From Candidatus Nanopelagicales bacterium (lineage in GTDB: Bacteria > Actinomycetota > Actinomycetes > S36-B12 > UBA5976), in the NCBI GenBank assembly GCA_030157865.1, contig JAOATY010000033.1, positions 23,507 to 87,506 of the forward strand: a stretch of 64,000 nucleotides of DNA, in the 5' to 3' direction. Shown piece by piece: positions 36,869 through 46,261 of this stretch; position 1 is the stretch's first letter; each line of letters begins with the position of its first letter. Made by a program: the position numbers and the translations under genes. Under the pieces are notes generated by a model, which saw only the letters and a program-made list of their open reading frames with translations, did not search any database and had not been told where the DNA came from.

Positions 36869-38047
36869 GTGACCTTACGCCGACCAGTTCGAGACAAAAC
36901 CACCTGGATTTCCTATTTGCAAGCAACCTGTTTTGGTTGGTTCATTTTTGGATTTGGCGGAACGCTTCAATTCCTGCGTGAAGATTTAGATCTATCTCGC
37001 ACTGTTGTTTCATTCCACTCTTTGGCGATGTCAGTTGGTTCGGTAACTGCAGGCCTAGCAACGGGCGCAATCATCAAGCGAACTGGTCGCGGCTTAATGC
37101 TTCGTTACGCTTCGATCTTGTTGGCAACGGGAATTTTGTTTTTCACGCTTGGTCAATCCTTGCCTTTTACTTTGCTTGGTGTTGCCTTCACAACTTGTGC
37201 TGGATCTTTGATCATTCAGGGAACTGCTTCGTATTTGGCTTATCAACAAAAGCAAGCGGCGCCGGCAGCCATTAGTGAATTGCACGCAGTCGCTTCTTCT
37301 ATTGGCTTGCTTGCGCCCGTGATGGTTGGCATTGGCGTGACTGTTGGTTGGGGTTGGCGTCCGGGTATTCAGGTAGCCGCTGTTGGTGTGATCCTGATTG
37401 AAATCATTCGCGGTCGAAACACAGATCTTTATGGCCCCCGCGCCATTGAAGATGAAGTTTCAGATCATCATGATGTGCCAGGACCGTTCCCAAGTTTGTT
37501 CTGGTGGTCTTGGTTGATTTTAGTTTTCACAGCCAGCATGGAATTTTCAATGCTCCTTTGGGCACCTGAGGTTTTATCAACTCAAGGTGGATTAACTAAG
37601 GGCGCTAGTGCTGCAGCACTTGCCACAATCGTTGGTGGCATGTCAGTTGGTCGTTTAATTGGCGCTCGCTTAACTTCAAAGTTTGATTCGGAGTTTTTGT
37701 ATCGCGGTGCTTTAGTTCTTTCGTTCTTTGGTTTCTTGGGGTTCTGGCTTTCCAGCTCAGGTGTAGTGATGTTGATTTCGTTAACGATCACAGGCCTTGG
37801 GATGTCACTGCATTTTCCATTTGGTTTTGAACGTGCGCTGCGGGCAAGTGATGGCAGACCAGATCGTGGTGGCGGCAAACTTTCAATTGGAACCGGATTT
37901 GCTAGCGGTGTTGCACCGTTTGCACTTGGCGCACTTGCTGATCAAATTGGAATTCAGGGCGCGTATGCAATCGTGCCAATTTGTTTGATTCTTGCAATTA
38001 CGATCGCAACTTTGCGACCAGTGAAGTTAGTGCCGGCAGGAACCTAA
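36869..38047 (+). CDS. MFS transporter
   Basis: 12 hydrophobic segments, GMSVGRLIG, GALADQIG. Confidence 0.85.
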   Translation: MTLRRPVRDKTTWISYLQATCFGWFIFGFGGTLQFLREDLDLSRTVVSFHSLAMSVGSVTAGLATGAIIKRTGRGLMLRYASILLATGILFFTLGQSLPFTLLGVAFTTCAGSLIIQGTASYLAYQQKQAAPAAISELHAVASSIGLLAPVMVGIGVTVGWGWRPGIQVAAVGVILIEIIRGRNTDLYGPRAIEDEVSDHHDVPGPFPSLFWWSWLILVFTASMEFSMLLWAPEVLSTQGGLTKGASAAALATIVGGMSVGRLIGARLTSKFDSEFLYRGALVLSFFGFLGFWLSSSGVVMLISLTITGLGMSLHFPFGFERALRASDGRPDRGGGKLSIGTGFASGVAPFALGALADQIGIQGAYAIVPICLILAITIATLRPVKLVPAGT

Positions 38048-38050
38048 GGC

Positions 38051-38143
38051 TTATAGGTAAGGCATGACGGCTGCGGCCATCACTGCAACAAAGAAGCTAA
38101 CTAGTACAACGATTGTGACGATGCGGCGCGTGCGTGAACTCAT
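38051..38143 (-). CDS. Small single-TM membrane protein (30 aa, not in ORF track)
   Basis: MSSRTRRIVTIVVLVSFFVAVMAAAVMPYL*; -10-like TATGGT 6 nt before ATG (leaderless pattern). Confidence 0.6.
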   Translation of the reverse strand: MSSRTRRIVTIVVLVSFFVAVMAAAVMPYL

Positions 38144-38212
38144 GGTTTAACCATAACTTATGAATTGGAAAATTCGGACATCGCCCATTTTGAAAACATC
38201 CAGACATAGCAA

Positions 38213-38243
38213 TGGGGCGCACCGTTTTTCACAGTACGCCCCA
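38213..38243 (-). terminator. Terminator hairpin after NCS2 permease
   Basis: TGGGGCGTACTGT-GAAAA-ACGGTGCGCCCCA on minus strand. Confidence 0.65.
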
Positions 38244-38255
38244 AAGACTTTGTTT

Positions 38256-39731
38256 TTACAAGCCGAACAGTTCCTTTAATGGATGAACTGCGAAGTAGAT
38301 CACGAATGCTGCGGCGATAATCCACATCAAACCTGAAACTTCCTTTGACTTGCGCTGTGCGATCTTGATTGCCACGTAGGAAACCATTCCTGCGCCGATA
38401 CCGTTGGTGATCGAGTAGGTGAATGGCATCAAGATGATCGTCAAGAACGATGGAATCGCAATTGCGTAATCATCAAATGGGATGTGACGAATCTGAGTCA
38501 TCATCAAGAAGCCCACGATAACCAGTGCAGGTGCTGCCGCTTCGTAAGGAACGATCTTGGTTAGCGGTGCAATGAACATCGCTAGCAAGAACAAAGTTCC
38601 GGTTACAAGGCTGGCAATACCAGTGCGAGCACCGTCGCCGATACCTGATGCAGATTCGATGTAAGCGGTGTTGGATGAAGTTCCAGCCAAGCCACCTGCC
38701 ATCGCTGCAATCGAGTCAACAGCAAGGATTTCACCAAGGTGTTCAACTTCGCCATCAGCAGTCATCAAGTCAGCTTCAGTAGCAAGACCGGTAACAGTTC
38801 CGATGGTGTCGAAGAAGTCGCTTAGCAATAGTGAGAACACTGCAAGGCCAGCAGCCAATGCGCCAATCGCACTGAAGGCACCGAAGACGTCGATGTCGAA
38901 CAATGGAGTTGGATCAACATAACCAATTAGGGTTTCTGGGATTGCTGGGATGTTCAGGTTCCAACCAGTTGGGTTTTCAAGACCTGGAGCTGCTGGATCT
39001 GTATTTGAGCCACCAATCTTCTGAGTGGTTTCTAGTAGGACTGCAAGTGCAGTTGTTACTAGCAAGCCAATCAAAATTGCAGCGCGCTTACGAAGGGCAA
39101 CCAATACGACCATGAGGAGAAGTCCAAACACGAACGTAAAGATTGGCCAGCCAGCAAGCTCGCCGTAAACCGCAAACGTGATTAGTGGAACACCTGGGCG
39201 AACTACGCCAGCGTCTACTAAACCAATAAGTGCGATGAATAAACCGATACCGGCGCCGATTGAGTACTTCAATTCATCTGGAACGGCGTGGAATACCGCA
39301 GTGCGGAATCCGGTTAGAACCAAAAGCAAAACAATGAAGCCTTCGATAACGACTAAGCCAAACGCTTGAGCCCATGTCATGTAAGGAGCAAGGCCAAAAG
39401 CCAAGAATCCGTTCAGACCTAAACCGGCTGCGATTGCGATAGGGAAACGTCCGTACACGCCCATGAAGATTGTCATCAGACCAGCAACAAGCGCAGTAGC
39501 TGCTGCTACCAACGAAATTGCTACACCGATGTCTTGGCCACCACCTGGGAAATTCCCATTGATGTCCTTGGCGGTACCGACGATGAGTGGGTTAAGTACA
39601 ACGATGTAGGCCATTGTCACGAATGTGACGATGCCGCCGCGTACTTCAGTCCCTAGATTGGAGCCACGCTCGGTCATGTGGAAATAGCGATCCCATGCCG
39701 GTGTGCTCGAGTTTTTTGTAGTGGTTTCCAT
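38256..39731 (-). CDS. NCS2/AzgA-family purine permease
   Basis: TEVRGG..TFVTMAYI, DFFDTIGT, YIESASG..GARTG, MPFTYSITNGIGAG. Confidence 0.93.
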   Translation of the reverse strand: METTTKNSSTPAWDRYFHMTERGSNLGTEVRGGIVTFVTMAYIVVLNPLIVGTAKDINGNFPGGGQDIGVAISLVAAATALVAGLMTIFMGVYGRFPIAIAAGLGLNGFLAFGLAPYMTWAQAFGLVVIEGFIVLLLVLTGFRTAVFHAVPDELKYSIGAGIGLFIALIGLVDAGVVRPGVPLITFAVYGELAGWPIFTFVFGLLLMVVLVALRKRAAILIGLLVTTALAVLLETTQKIGGSNTDPAAPGLENPTGWNLNIPAIPETLIGYVDPTPLFDIDVFGAFSAIGALAAGLAVFSLLLSDFFDTIGTVTGLATEADLMTADGEVEHLGEILAVDSIAAMAGGLAGTSSNTAYIESASGIGDGARTGIASLVTGTLFLLAMFIAPLTKIVPYEAAAPALVIVGFLMMTQIRHIPFDDYAIAIPSFLTIILMPFTYSITNGIGAGMVSYVAIKIAQRKSKEVSGLMWIIAAAFVIYFAVHPLKELFGL

Positions 39732-39754
39732 AACGAAACGATAGTGTCCTACTT

Positions 39755-40048
39755 ATGAGTAATAGTGCAGACTCTCTGAACAAGTCCGATTCAAGTTCCG
39801 ATGGTCAAAGTTCCGGAAAAGAACTTATGCCACTCGAAGTAAACGGAATCACAGCAGTAACAATAGGAACAGGCATCTGGTCGGTTGCGACCTTGGTGAT
39901 GGTCTTGATGCGCGACCAGCTTGAGGCCTCCGGGCGAGGCAATTGGGTCGCGATCGGTGTCTGCGGAATCATCCTTGGCTTGCTCGGTATGCGTTACACC
40001 AAACGTCGGGTGGCTCGAATCGAGCGCGCCAAGGAATCTTCCGTCTAA
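39755..40048 (+). CDS. DUF2530 family membrane protein
   Basis: PLEVNG..GT.IW, two TMs, C-terminal basic tail; usual neighbour of NCS2 in actinobacteria. Confidence 0.8.
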   Translation: MSNSADSLNKSDSSSDGQSSGKELMPLEVNGITAVTIGTGIWSVATLVMVLMRDQLEASGRGNWVAIGVCGIILGLLGMRYTKRRVARIERAKESSV

Positions 40049-40067
40049 CGGATTAGCTGCTACTTAA

Positions 40068-40142
40068 TTAGCAGCAAGATGTTTCTGACGGGTCGCAAAC
40101 TTCTAGCGCCTCTACAGCTTCAGCTTCACAGCAAAATGTCAT
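40068..40142 (-). CDS. 24-aa Cys-rich peptide (mini-metallothionein-like), not in ORF track
   Basis: MTFCCEAEAVEALEVCDPSETSCC*, strong RBS AGGAAAGGAG before ATG, divergent from ArsR. Confidence 0.7.
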   Translation of the reverse strand: MTFCCEAEAVEALEVCDPSETSCC

Positions 40143-40159
40143 TTTCGACTCCTTTCCTA

Positions 40160-40212
40160 ATTAGATCGTTATCTAATCCCTAACTATGCCACTTATTAGA
40201 TGGATGTCAAAT
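40160..40212. promoter_or_regulatory. Two putative ArsR operator palindromes in divergent promoter
   Basis: ATTAGAT-CGTT-ATCTAAT (40160-40177) and ATTAGAT-GGAT-GTCAAAT (40195-40212); TTGACA on minus strand at 40210-40205. Confidence 0.65.
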
Positions 40213-40230
40213 ATGTGGCATAATGAATTT

Positions 40231-40590
40231 GTGCCTAAACAACTGCCAGTTCTCGAAACTCTTGAGCCGATTTGCTGTGCTCCGCTTGGGGAATCCGCCC
40301 AAATCACGGAAGCGGATGCCAACGACTTAGCGATTCGCTTGAAGGCTCTTGCTGACCCAGCACGTCTCCGGTTGGTGAGCTTTTTGCTCGATCAACCAGA
40401 TCTTGAAGCCTGCACATGTGACTTAGCCCCAGTTTTGAAGTTGTCAGAACCAACAGTTAGTCATCATTTAAAGACACTAGAAAAAGCTGGAATCGTTACT
40501 AAGGAACGACGTGGAATGAATGTTCATTACCAAGTGGTTCCAGATTCAATTCACGCAATCGCTCGCGTGCTTCACATTGATTGTTGCTAG
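40231..40590 (+). CDS. arsR: ArsR/SmtB metalloregulator
   Basis: ICCAPL, KALADPARLRL, EACTCDL, LSEPTVSHHLK, C-terminal CC; GTG 40231 follows CATAAT -10 (ORF track start 40186). Confidence 0.88.
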   Translation: MPKQLPVLETLEPICCAPLGESAQITEADANDLAIRLKALADPARLRLVSFLLDQPDLEACTCDLAPVLKLSEPTVSHHLKTLEKAGIVTKERRGMNVHYQVVPDSIHAIARVLHIDCC

Positions 40591-40604
40591 TTAGTTTTTA
40601 ACAA

Positions 40605-42692
40605 CTAGTTTTTGCGGGCGCACCATTGGCCGCGGCCAGCTTCATACTTAACAACTTGCGCGCCTTGGGTGTAGCCGAGGCCTTCGACAAATTCAATTGC
40701 GTCTGGTCGGTCGGCATCTAGGCAAACCACGTTAACGCCAACACGCTCTAGTGCACCCGGCAAAACATTTAGATCAAGGGCTGGGAATTCTGGATCTTGA
40801 TCTTTGGAAGTGAACTGGCGAATCATCACGCGATCTGCGAATTGTGCTTTACCTTCTGGACCAGTTGCTTCCGCGAACCAGTAAACCTTTGGCAGCACGG
40901 GATGGATTCGCACCGTGGTAGCTGCAAGTGAGAACTCAATGTTTTGGCGAGCAGCAACGATGTCACCATCTTGAGCAATCTCATCGAGGATTTCTTTGGC
41001 TTCGTAGTAACCACCAAAGACTTTCCAATCTGGTGGGAACATCAAGCGAGCACTTTGACCGTTAACTTGTCCAAGACTAGAAAGCCAAACGGGCTTAGCA
41101 GGAATCACTATGAAGGCAAGCAGTAGTGCCGTTGCTAATGCAAGTGTTGTGGTCTTATGTCGATTAACGCTTGTTACTCGAATCAATCCCGAAGCAACGG
41201 CTGAAGCGGCTGCGCCCAGCAACATTGGAATTGGCAGCAACCACCAGAAGCGCCATGAGATTGAACCAACGCCGGTAACTTGTTCAATCACGGCAAGTAC
41301 TGGTGGCAAGTAAACGATTGCCCACATCAAACAAAGTCCTGCAATCACGCGGCGTGATGTGCGAGATTCGGCGCCGAGCCATCCCCAGCACATTACTAAT
41401 GCAAACAATGCAGCGTGCAGTGGCGGACGAGCCATTAAGCGAACGAATTCATTTGGATCTGGGAGTTCGCCAAGGGTTGAAATCAAAGTTGCTGGCTGAA
41501 CAAAAGCCAATGTGTTTGTTACTAGTTGTCCCAACGCATTGCTATCAGCACTATGCGTTCCTCGGAAAGCTAAGCCAACATAAAGCGGAGTCAGCATCGC
41601 AAGGCTGGTCCAGCCCGCATCCTTAATCCCCCGCTGGTAACCAACAACACCGGCGATAACCACGGTGATCATTGGAACCAACATGGTTGCAGTTGTCGTT
41701 AGTCCGGCTGCGCCGATTGCAATCAGTAGGAATCGGATCAAGTCATTGCGTTGACCCGAACGTGCCCAAACAATTCCAGCACCGATGAGCATCGGAATAA
41801 TCGCCGAGACAAAGAATGCTTTACCTTGCCAAATGCGCGCTCCATGGAAAACACCAAAGGAAAAGATGTTCGCGCCATCGAGCAGTAAGAACAAGCTCAC
41901 GATGGCTAGCGCAAAGTTTGTGTGACGAACATGCATGGAACGCAATCCGCGATCAAGCGCAAAGATGCTAATTGCCGTAAGGATTGGCACAGCAATTACA
42001 TAAAGCAAAGTTGGTGCCGAGATGTTAGTGATGTGGGCAAAAACTCCCCACATCGATTCCCAAGCGGAACCAAGTGGCCGGGTTTCAAAAACTTGATCGC
42101 TATAGATTGTGTCGCGAAGTGGCATCGTGCCACGTTCAGCAATCCAAGTCGATAAGTTCAAATAGTTTGTGTCATCACTTTGTGGTCGCAACGTAACAGA
42201 TGCAACTAACGCCATTCCGGATGCGATAACCCAAGGAAGCCAATGAAAAGTTTTGTAATCAGCTGCCACATTTACCGGGGCTTTGGCCAACTTGAAAGCA
42301 ACCAATGAACCAATGCCTACTAATACCAAGATCACTAATGCCCATTGGGAATTGGATAGGAATGGAAGCTTCTTAGCTATATAGAGGTAGGCAACTACGG
42401 CTGCGATTAAGCCAGCCCAAGTGACGTTACGGGCCAACGGATTGCTGCGATGGAGCGCTGGGTCATTTGTCACATAAGGCGCTGGAACTGGTTCGCCATA
42501 GAACCCAACCTCGGTGAAGCGCTTGATTAACGCAAAAAGCACAATCGCAAACGCTGTCCATACGCCAGCAACTACAAGTGCATTCGTGGTGAAGTAGCGC
42601 GAGGTGTAATACGCGAGTGAGGCTGTGGCAAGAATGAATATGGTTACGTCAAGGACTTTGTCTGCAAGTCGACGTGAACCAATTACTGCCAT
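40605..42692 (-). CDS. DUF6077-like polytopic membrane protein (GT-C-like)
   Basis: SDDTNY loop, RIWQGKA, WRFWW motifs, many TMs. Confidence 0.7.
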   Translation of the reverse strand: MAVIGSRRLADKVLDVTIFILATASLAYYTSRYFTTNALVVAGVWTAFAIVLFALIKRFTEVGFYGEPVPAPYVTNDPALHRSNPLARNVTWAGLIAAVVAYLYIAKKLPFLSNSQWALVILVLVGIGSLVAFKLAKAPVNVAADYKTFHWLPWVIASGMALVASVTLRPQSDDTNYLNLSTWIAERGTMPLRDTIYSDQVFETRPLGSAWESMWGVFAHITNISAPTLLYVIAVPILTAISIFALDRGLRSMHVRHTNFALAIVSLFLLLDGANIFSFGVFHGARIWQGKAFFVSAIIPMLIGAGIVWARSGQRNDLIRFLLIAIGAAGLTTTATMLVPMITVVIAGVVGYQRGIKDAGWTSLAMLTPLYVGLAFRGTHSADSNALGQLVTNTLAFVQPATLISTLGELPDPNEFVRLMARPPLHAALFALVMCWGWLGAESRTSRRVIAGLCLMWAIVYLPPVLAVIEQVTGVGSISWRFWWLLPIPMLLGAAASAVASGLIRVTSVNRHKTTTLALATALLLAFIVIPAKPVWLSSLGQVNGQSARLMFPPDWKVFGGYYEAKEILDEIAQDGDIVAARQNIEFSLAATTVRIHPVLPKVYWFAEATGPEGKAQFADRVMIRQFTSKDQDPEFPALDLNVLPGALERVGVNVVCLDADRPDAIEFVEGLGYTQGAQVVKYEAGRGQWCARKN

Positions 42693-42705
42693 GTTTCAAG
42701 CCTGC

Positions 42706-43755
42706 CTAAAGCGCTGCAACAAAGTCGGAAACAACACGCATCAGGTCAGCTTGATCTAGATTCTTGTGTTCCAAAATTGTGAATCGATCTGGTCTGGTTT
42801 GTGGTGCGAAGGCAACAGCTTGCGCGAATTGTTCAGTGGTTAAGCCAAGGTCCTTTGGTGATGTCGGAAGACCATGACGGAACAAAGCATCGTGAAGTTG
42901 ATTGAACTCTGTGGTTGCTTCGCGTAAGTAAGTTGCGAACAATGCTCCAACTGCAACCTGCTCACCGTGCGGTGCGGATTTTTCTGGCAGCACCATATCT
43001 ATAGCATGAGAAATTTCATGGCACGCGCCACTGCATGGACGTGAAGTTCCAGCTACAGCCATCGCTAATCCGGAGAGTACTAGACCTTCAGCCAATGTAG
43101 TTAGGAATGCTGAGTCATCGATGGTTCCAGGGTGGTTCAGCAAACTGGTTGCGGCCGTGCGTGACATTGATGCGGCTAGGCCATCAACTTCTTCGCCATT
43201 AACTTCGCGCGCAAGTTCCCAGTCTGCAACTGCGTTTAAGTTGCTCAGCACGTCACCGATGCCGGCGCGCAAGAAACGATCTGGGCCACTGCGAACTACA
43301 TCAAGGTCGATAAGTACGGCAGCTGGAACTGAAACTCCGTGACTACTGCGCGTTCCATCATGTTCCAAAATGCTGACCGGACTCGCAATGCCATCGTGGG
43401 CAAGATTCGTTGCAACTGCGATCATCGGTAAGTTTGCTTGGCTAGCTGCATACTTAGCTGCATCTAAGACTCGACCGCCACCAACGCCAACAACACTTGA
43501 ATATTTAGTCAGTGATGCGGCGATGTCTTGGGCTGACTGCAAACTACCGTCTGAAAGTTCGTAGAAATCTGCGTGCGGAATTTGCTTTTCGATTTGAGCC
43601 CGAAATGCCAAACCTGAACCCGTTGAAATAATAACGGCGACTCGAGAATCCGGGGCAACGCGAGGATCGCTAATCACGTCATGCAAGCGATTTAATGCGC
43701 CAGCAGATATGTCAACGTGAAGTGGCGCTGGGAAGGTGCGGTTTAGTAATGACAT
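42706..43755 (-). CDS. Glycerol-1-phosphate dehydrogenase-like (iron-ADH/DHQS superfamily)
   Basis: GVGGGRVLDAAK, TNLAHDGIASP, SRPCSGACHEISHAID, HGEQV. Confidence 0.88.
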   Translation of the reverse strand: MSLLNRTFPAPLHVDISAGALNRLHDVISDPRVAPDSRVAVIISTGSGLAFRAQIEKQIPHADFYELSDGSLQSAQDIAASLTKYSSVVGVGGGRVLDAAKYAASQANLPMIAVATNLAHDGIASPVSILEHDGTRSSHGVSVPAAVLIDLDVVRSGPDRFLRAGIGDVLSNLNAVADWELAREVNGEEVDGLAASMSRTAATSLLNHPGTIDDSAFLTTLAEGLVLSGLAMAVAGTSRPCSGACHEISHAIDMVLPEKSAPHGEQVAVGALFATYLREATTEFNQLHDALFRHGLPTSPKDLGLTTEQFAQAVAFAPQTRPDRFTILEHKNLDQADLMRVVSDFVAAL

Positions 43756-44474
43756 ACGATCTCCCGAGCACGCTCGAGGTCTTCTAAGGTGTCAACTTCA
43801 ATCCATGGGATGTCACCGATTGCTGCAGTTGCAATGTGAGCACCACGGTTAACCATTTCCTGGAAACCGTCTTCGTAATAAAGGTTTGGATCGCGCTCAA
43901 ATGTGGCCTTCAGTGCATCGGCTAAATCCCCCGCTAATGCGCCTGGAATCCTTGCAACGCCAATGTATTCACCGGCTGCAGTCTCTGGTTCCATCAACTT
44001 GGTAATCAAAGTAACGCCACCACGATCGTTTAGCTGAACTTTCATTTCTTCATCAGCAAGCTTCTTCACATTGTCCAGAGACAAGGTAATGAATTCATCG
44101 GTTTGGGCTTTGAGTAATTCTTCAACAGACACAGGGTGAATCGTGTCACCGTTAGCGATGATCGCGCCGGCTTTCAAAACATCGCGAGCACACCACAATG
44201 AATAAGCGTTATTCCACTCTTCGGCTTTGTCGTTAAAAACTAGTTCGATGTTTACGCCATAACGTTCTTCTAATTCTTGTTGGCGGATGCGAACTTGATC
44301 CGCGGCATAACCAATGATGATTGCAACATCATTAAGTCCGGCTTCAGCAAAGTTCTTTAGCGTTAGATCCATAACGGATCTGGTGTCATCAAGTGGGACA
44401 AGTGCTTTAGGCAAAGTGTCGGTGTAAGGACGCAAACGACGGCCGGCGCCGGCGGCCAAGATCAAACCGATCAT
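43743..44474 (-). CDS. Phosphocholine/sugar-phosphate cytidylyltransferase family (LicC-like)
   Basis: ILAAGAGRRLRP.T..PKAL, NNAYSL, NGD, DEEMKV, WIEVDT. Confidence 0.88.
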   Translation of the reverse strand: MIGLILAAGAGRRLRPYTDTLPKALVPLDDTRSVMDLTLKNFAEAGLNDVAIIIGYAADQVRIRQQELEERYGVNIELVFNDKAEEWNNAYSLWCARDVLKAGAIIANGDTIHPVSVEELLKAQTDEFITLSLDNVKKLADEEMKVQLNDRGGVTLITKLMEPETAAGEYIGVARIPGALAGDLADALKATFERDPNLYYEDGFQEMVNRGAHIATAAIGDIPWIEVDTLEDLERAREIVCHY

Positions 44475-45481
44475 TGTGAGTCTTCGCTAGCGTCGCTTCC
44501 TTCATCGCCATAAAAATCAGCAATCTCTACAGCAGCTTCGTCAGAATCTAAGTTTTCCATTTCAACGATTTCAGATGCAGCTTCGATTGCTTCCACAGCT
44601 TCCTTCATTGCAAATTCAGATGCGATTGCTTCAGTGCGATCTTCAGCTTCATCGGAATCAATTGCATCAGTTTCATCTGAATCAACGGGCTCTGGATCCG
44701 CTACGTAATCTGGAAGATCGCTTGAGTCACTTTGCTCATCAGCGCGATCATCAATTACTAAATCAACAACGGGAATTGGTGCTGATTGGGCGGCACGAAC
44801 GGACGAGTGCGCGCCACAACCAAATGTTGTCGCAACAACTTGGCCGTCAGCTGCGCCGAATTCATTTCCACAAACACCAAAGACTTGACCGATTGATCCA
44901 CCAATTGCAACCAAGAAACCACATGAACCACATGAAGCTGGCGCAGACTTTGCCATAGCTGAGCGTGGACCGTTTAGTTTTTCAAACCAACGATCAACTG
45001 CGCGCTCTAAACCAACTGTGCTTAAAACTTTTTCACGACCAAGTCCAAGTTCCCATTGCGCTGGATGAAGTGGCGCGAGATCATCGGATAATTCTTCGAG
45101 GTCACCCAGTGCAGTGAAGCCTGCAGTTAGGCGCTCGTCGTTTTCGGACACTGGAAGTAAATCGCCAACACCTAAGTCGCCGGCTTCCACGCGATCAGCC
45201 CATGGCTTCCACTGTTCTGGAACGAGAGCGGCAGAGCCTGGCAAAAGGTTTACTTCGCTAACGGAAAGTTCAGCTTGGCCATTAACTTCAACCAGGCTTA
45301 CTTCCCAATACCAACCTGGGTAACCAGGTGAGGTGCATTCGAAGGTGTAGCTGGTGATGGTTACTGATGAATCTTCAGATGGCTCAACAACAGAGTCCAA
45401 AGCCTTGCCAACGTGGTCAGCAGGGATGGATTCAAGGAGCGCGGATCGAGCTAAGTCGATCGCTGAAGTTGCAGTGTTCAC
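44471..45481 (-). CDS. DUF3027 family protein
   Basis: GYPGWYW, LLPG..AL..W.PWADR, CGSCGF..GVCGN..DG.VV..GCGAHS; acidic tail. Confidence 0.88.
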   Translation of the reverse strand: MNTATSAIDLARSALLESIPADHVGKALDSVVEPSEDSSVTITSYTFECTSPGYPGWYWEVSLVEVNGQAELSVSEVNLLPGSAALVPEQWKPWADRVEAGDLGVGDLLPVSENDERLTAGFTALGDLEELSDDLAPLHPAQWELGLGREKVLSTVGLERAVDRWFEKLNGPRSAMAKSAPASCGSCGFLVAIGGSIGQVFGVCGNEFGAADGQVVATTFGCGAHSSVRAAQSAPIPVVDLVIDDRADEQSDSSDLPDYVADPEPVDSDETDAIDSDEAEDRTEAIASEFAMKEAVEAIEAASEIVEMENLDSDEAAVEIADFYGDEGSDASEDSQ

Positions 45482-45612
45482 CTATGTATTGTCCCTTATA
45501 TGGGGCATATCCCTGAAATTCTTGGGTTTTTCATTCATTTAGTGCCGGTTTATTGGCCGATTCGTGTAATGGTTAGTTAAAACGGGGTCACGACTAGAAG
45601 TTCGGAGACTCC

Positions 45613-46179
45613 ATGAGAACGTCCTCAACCAAAAATTCCTTCATCATCGGCATAAGTATTGTGCTGGGTGCATCACTGTTATCGGTAGGCGTGAGTAACG
45701 CTGCGGGTTCGACAATCAAGGCATGCGCAAAGAAATCTAATGGTGCGATGCGCTTGATCGACACAAGTAAGAACTGTAAGAAGAGTGAACGCACATTAAC
45801 TTGGGGCACGCAAGGCGATGCCGGGGCAACAGGCGCTACGGGTGCCACGGGCGCAACGGGAGCTACGGGAGCTGCTGCTACATCTCTCTTCGGTACCTTC
45901 GATGCGACTGGAACTAAAGATAGTGCGCGCTCAAGCGCAGCAATGCCAAATGCAACCTCAGGCGGGACAGGTATATACACGTTTACTTTTGCATCCTCTG
46001 TTGCTAACTGCACTGCGATTGCATCTCCAGTAGGTGAAGGTTTTGGCGTAGATACCGCGATTGTTAAATACACAAGTGCCAGTGTTATCACCGTCAAACT
46101 CTTCTATTTCGACAAAGTAGGAACGCAAGATCAAAAAGCAAACAACGGTGATTTCTCGATGTCACTTTTTTGTAACTAA
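45613..46179 (+). CDS. Secreted short-collagen-repeat protein, paralog A
   Basis: Signal peptide, IKACAKKSNGAMRL..C..E..LTW, about 7 Gly-X-Y triplets, unique C-terminal domain. Confidence 0.8.
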   Translation: MRTSSTKNSFIIGISIVLGASLLSVGVSNAAGSTIKACAKKSNGAMRLIDTSKNCKKSERTLTWGTQGDAGATGATGATGATGATGAAATSLFGTFDATGTKDSARSSAAMPNATSGGTGIYTFTFASSVANCTAIASPVGEGFGVDTAIVKYTSASVITVKLFYFDKVGTQDQKANNGDFSMSLFCN

Positions 46180-46185
46180 ATTAAA

Positions 46186-46217
46186 AGTGACGCCTTGCTT
46201 TCCTGCGAGGCGTCACT
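46186..46217 (+). terminator. Hairpin after paralog A
   Basis: AGTGACGCCTTGC-TTTCCT-GCGAGGCGTCACT. Confidence 0.75.
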
Positions 46218-46261
46218 ACTAAAAAACAGCACTCAATTTCGAATCATTTAGTGGAGATAAG

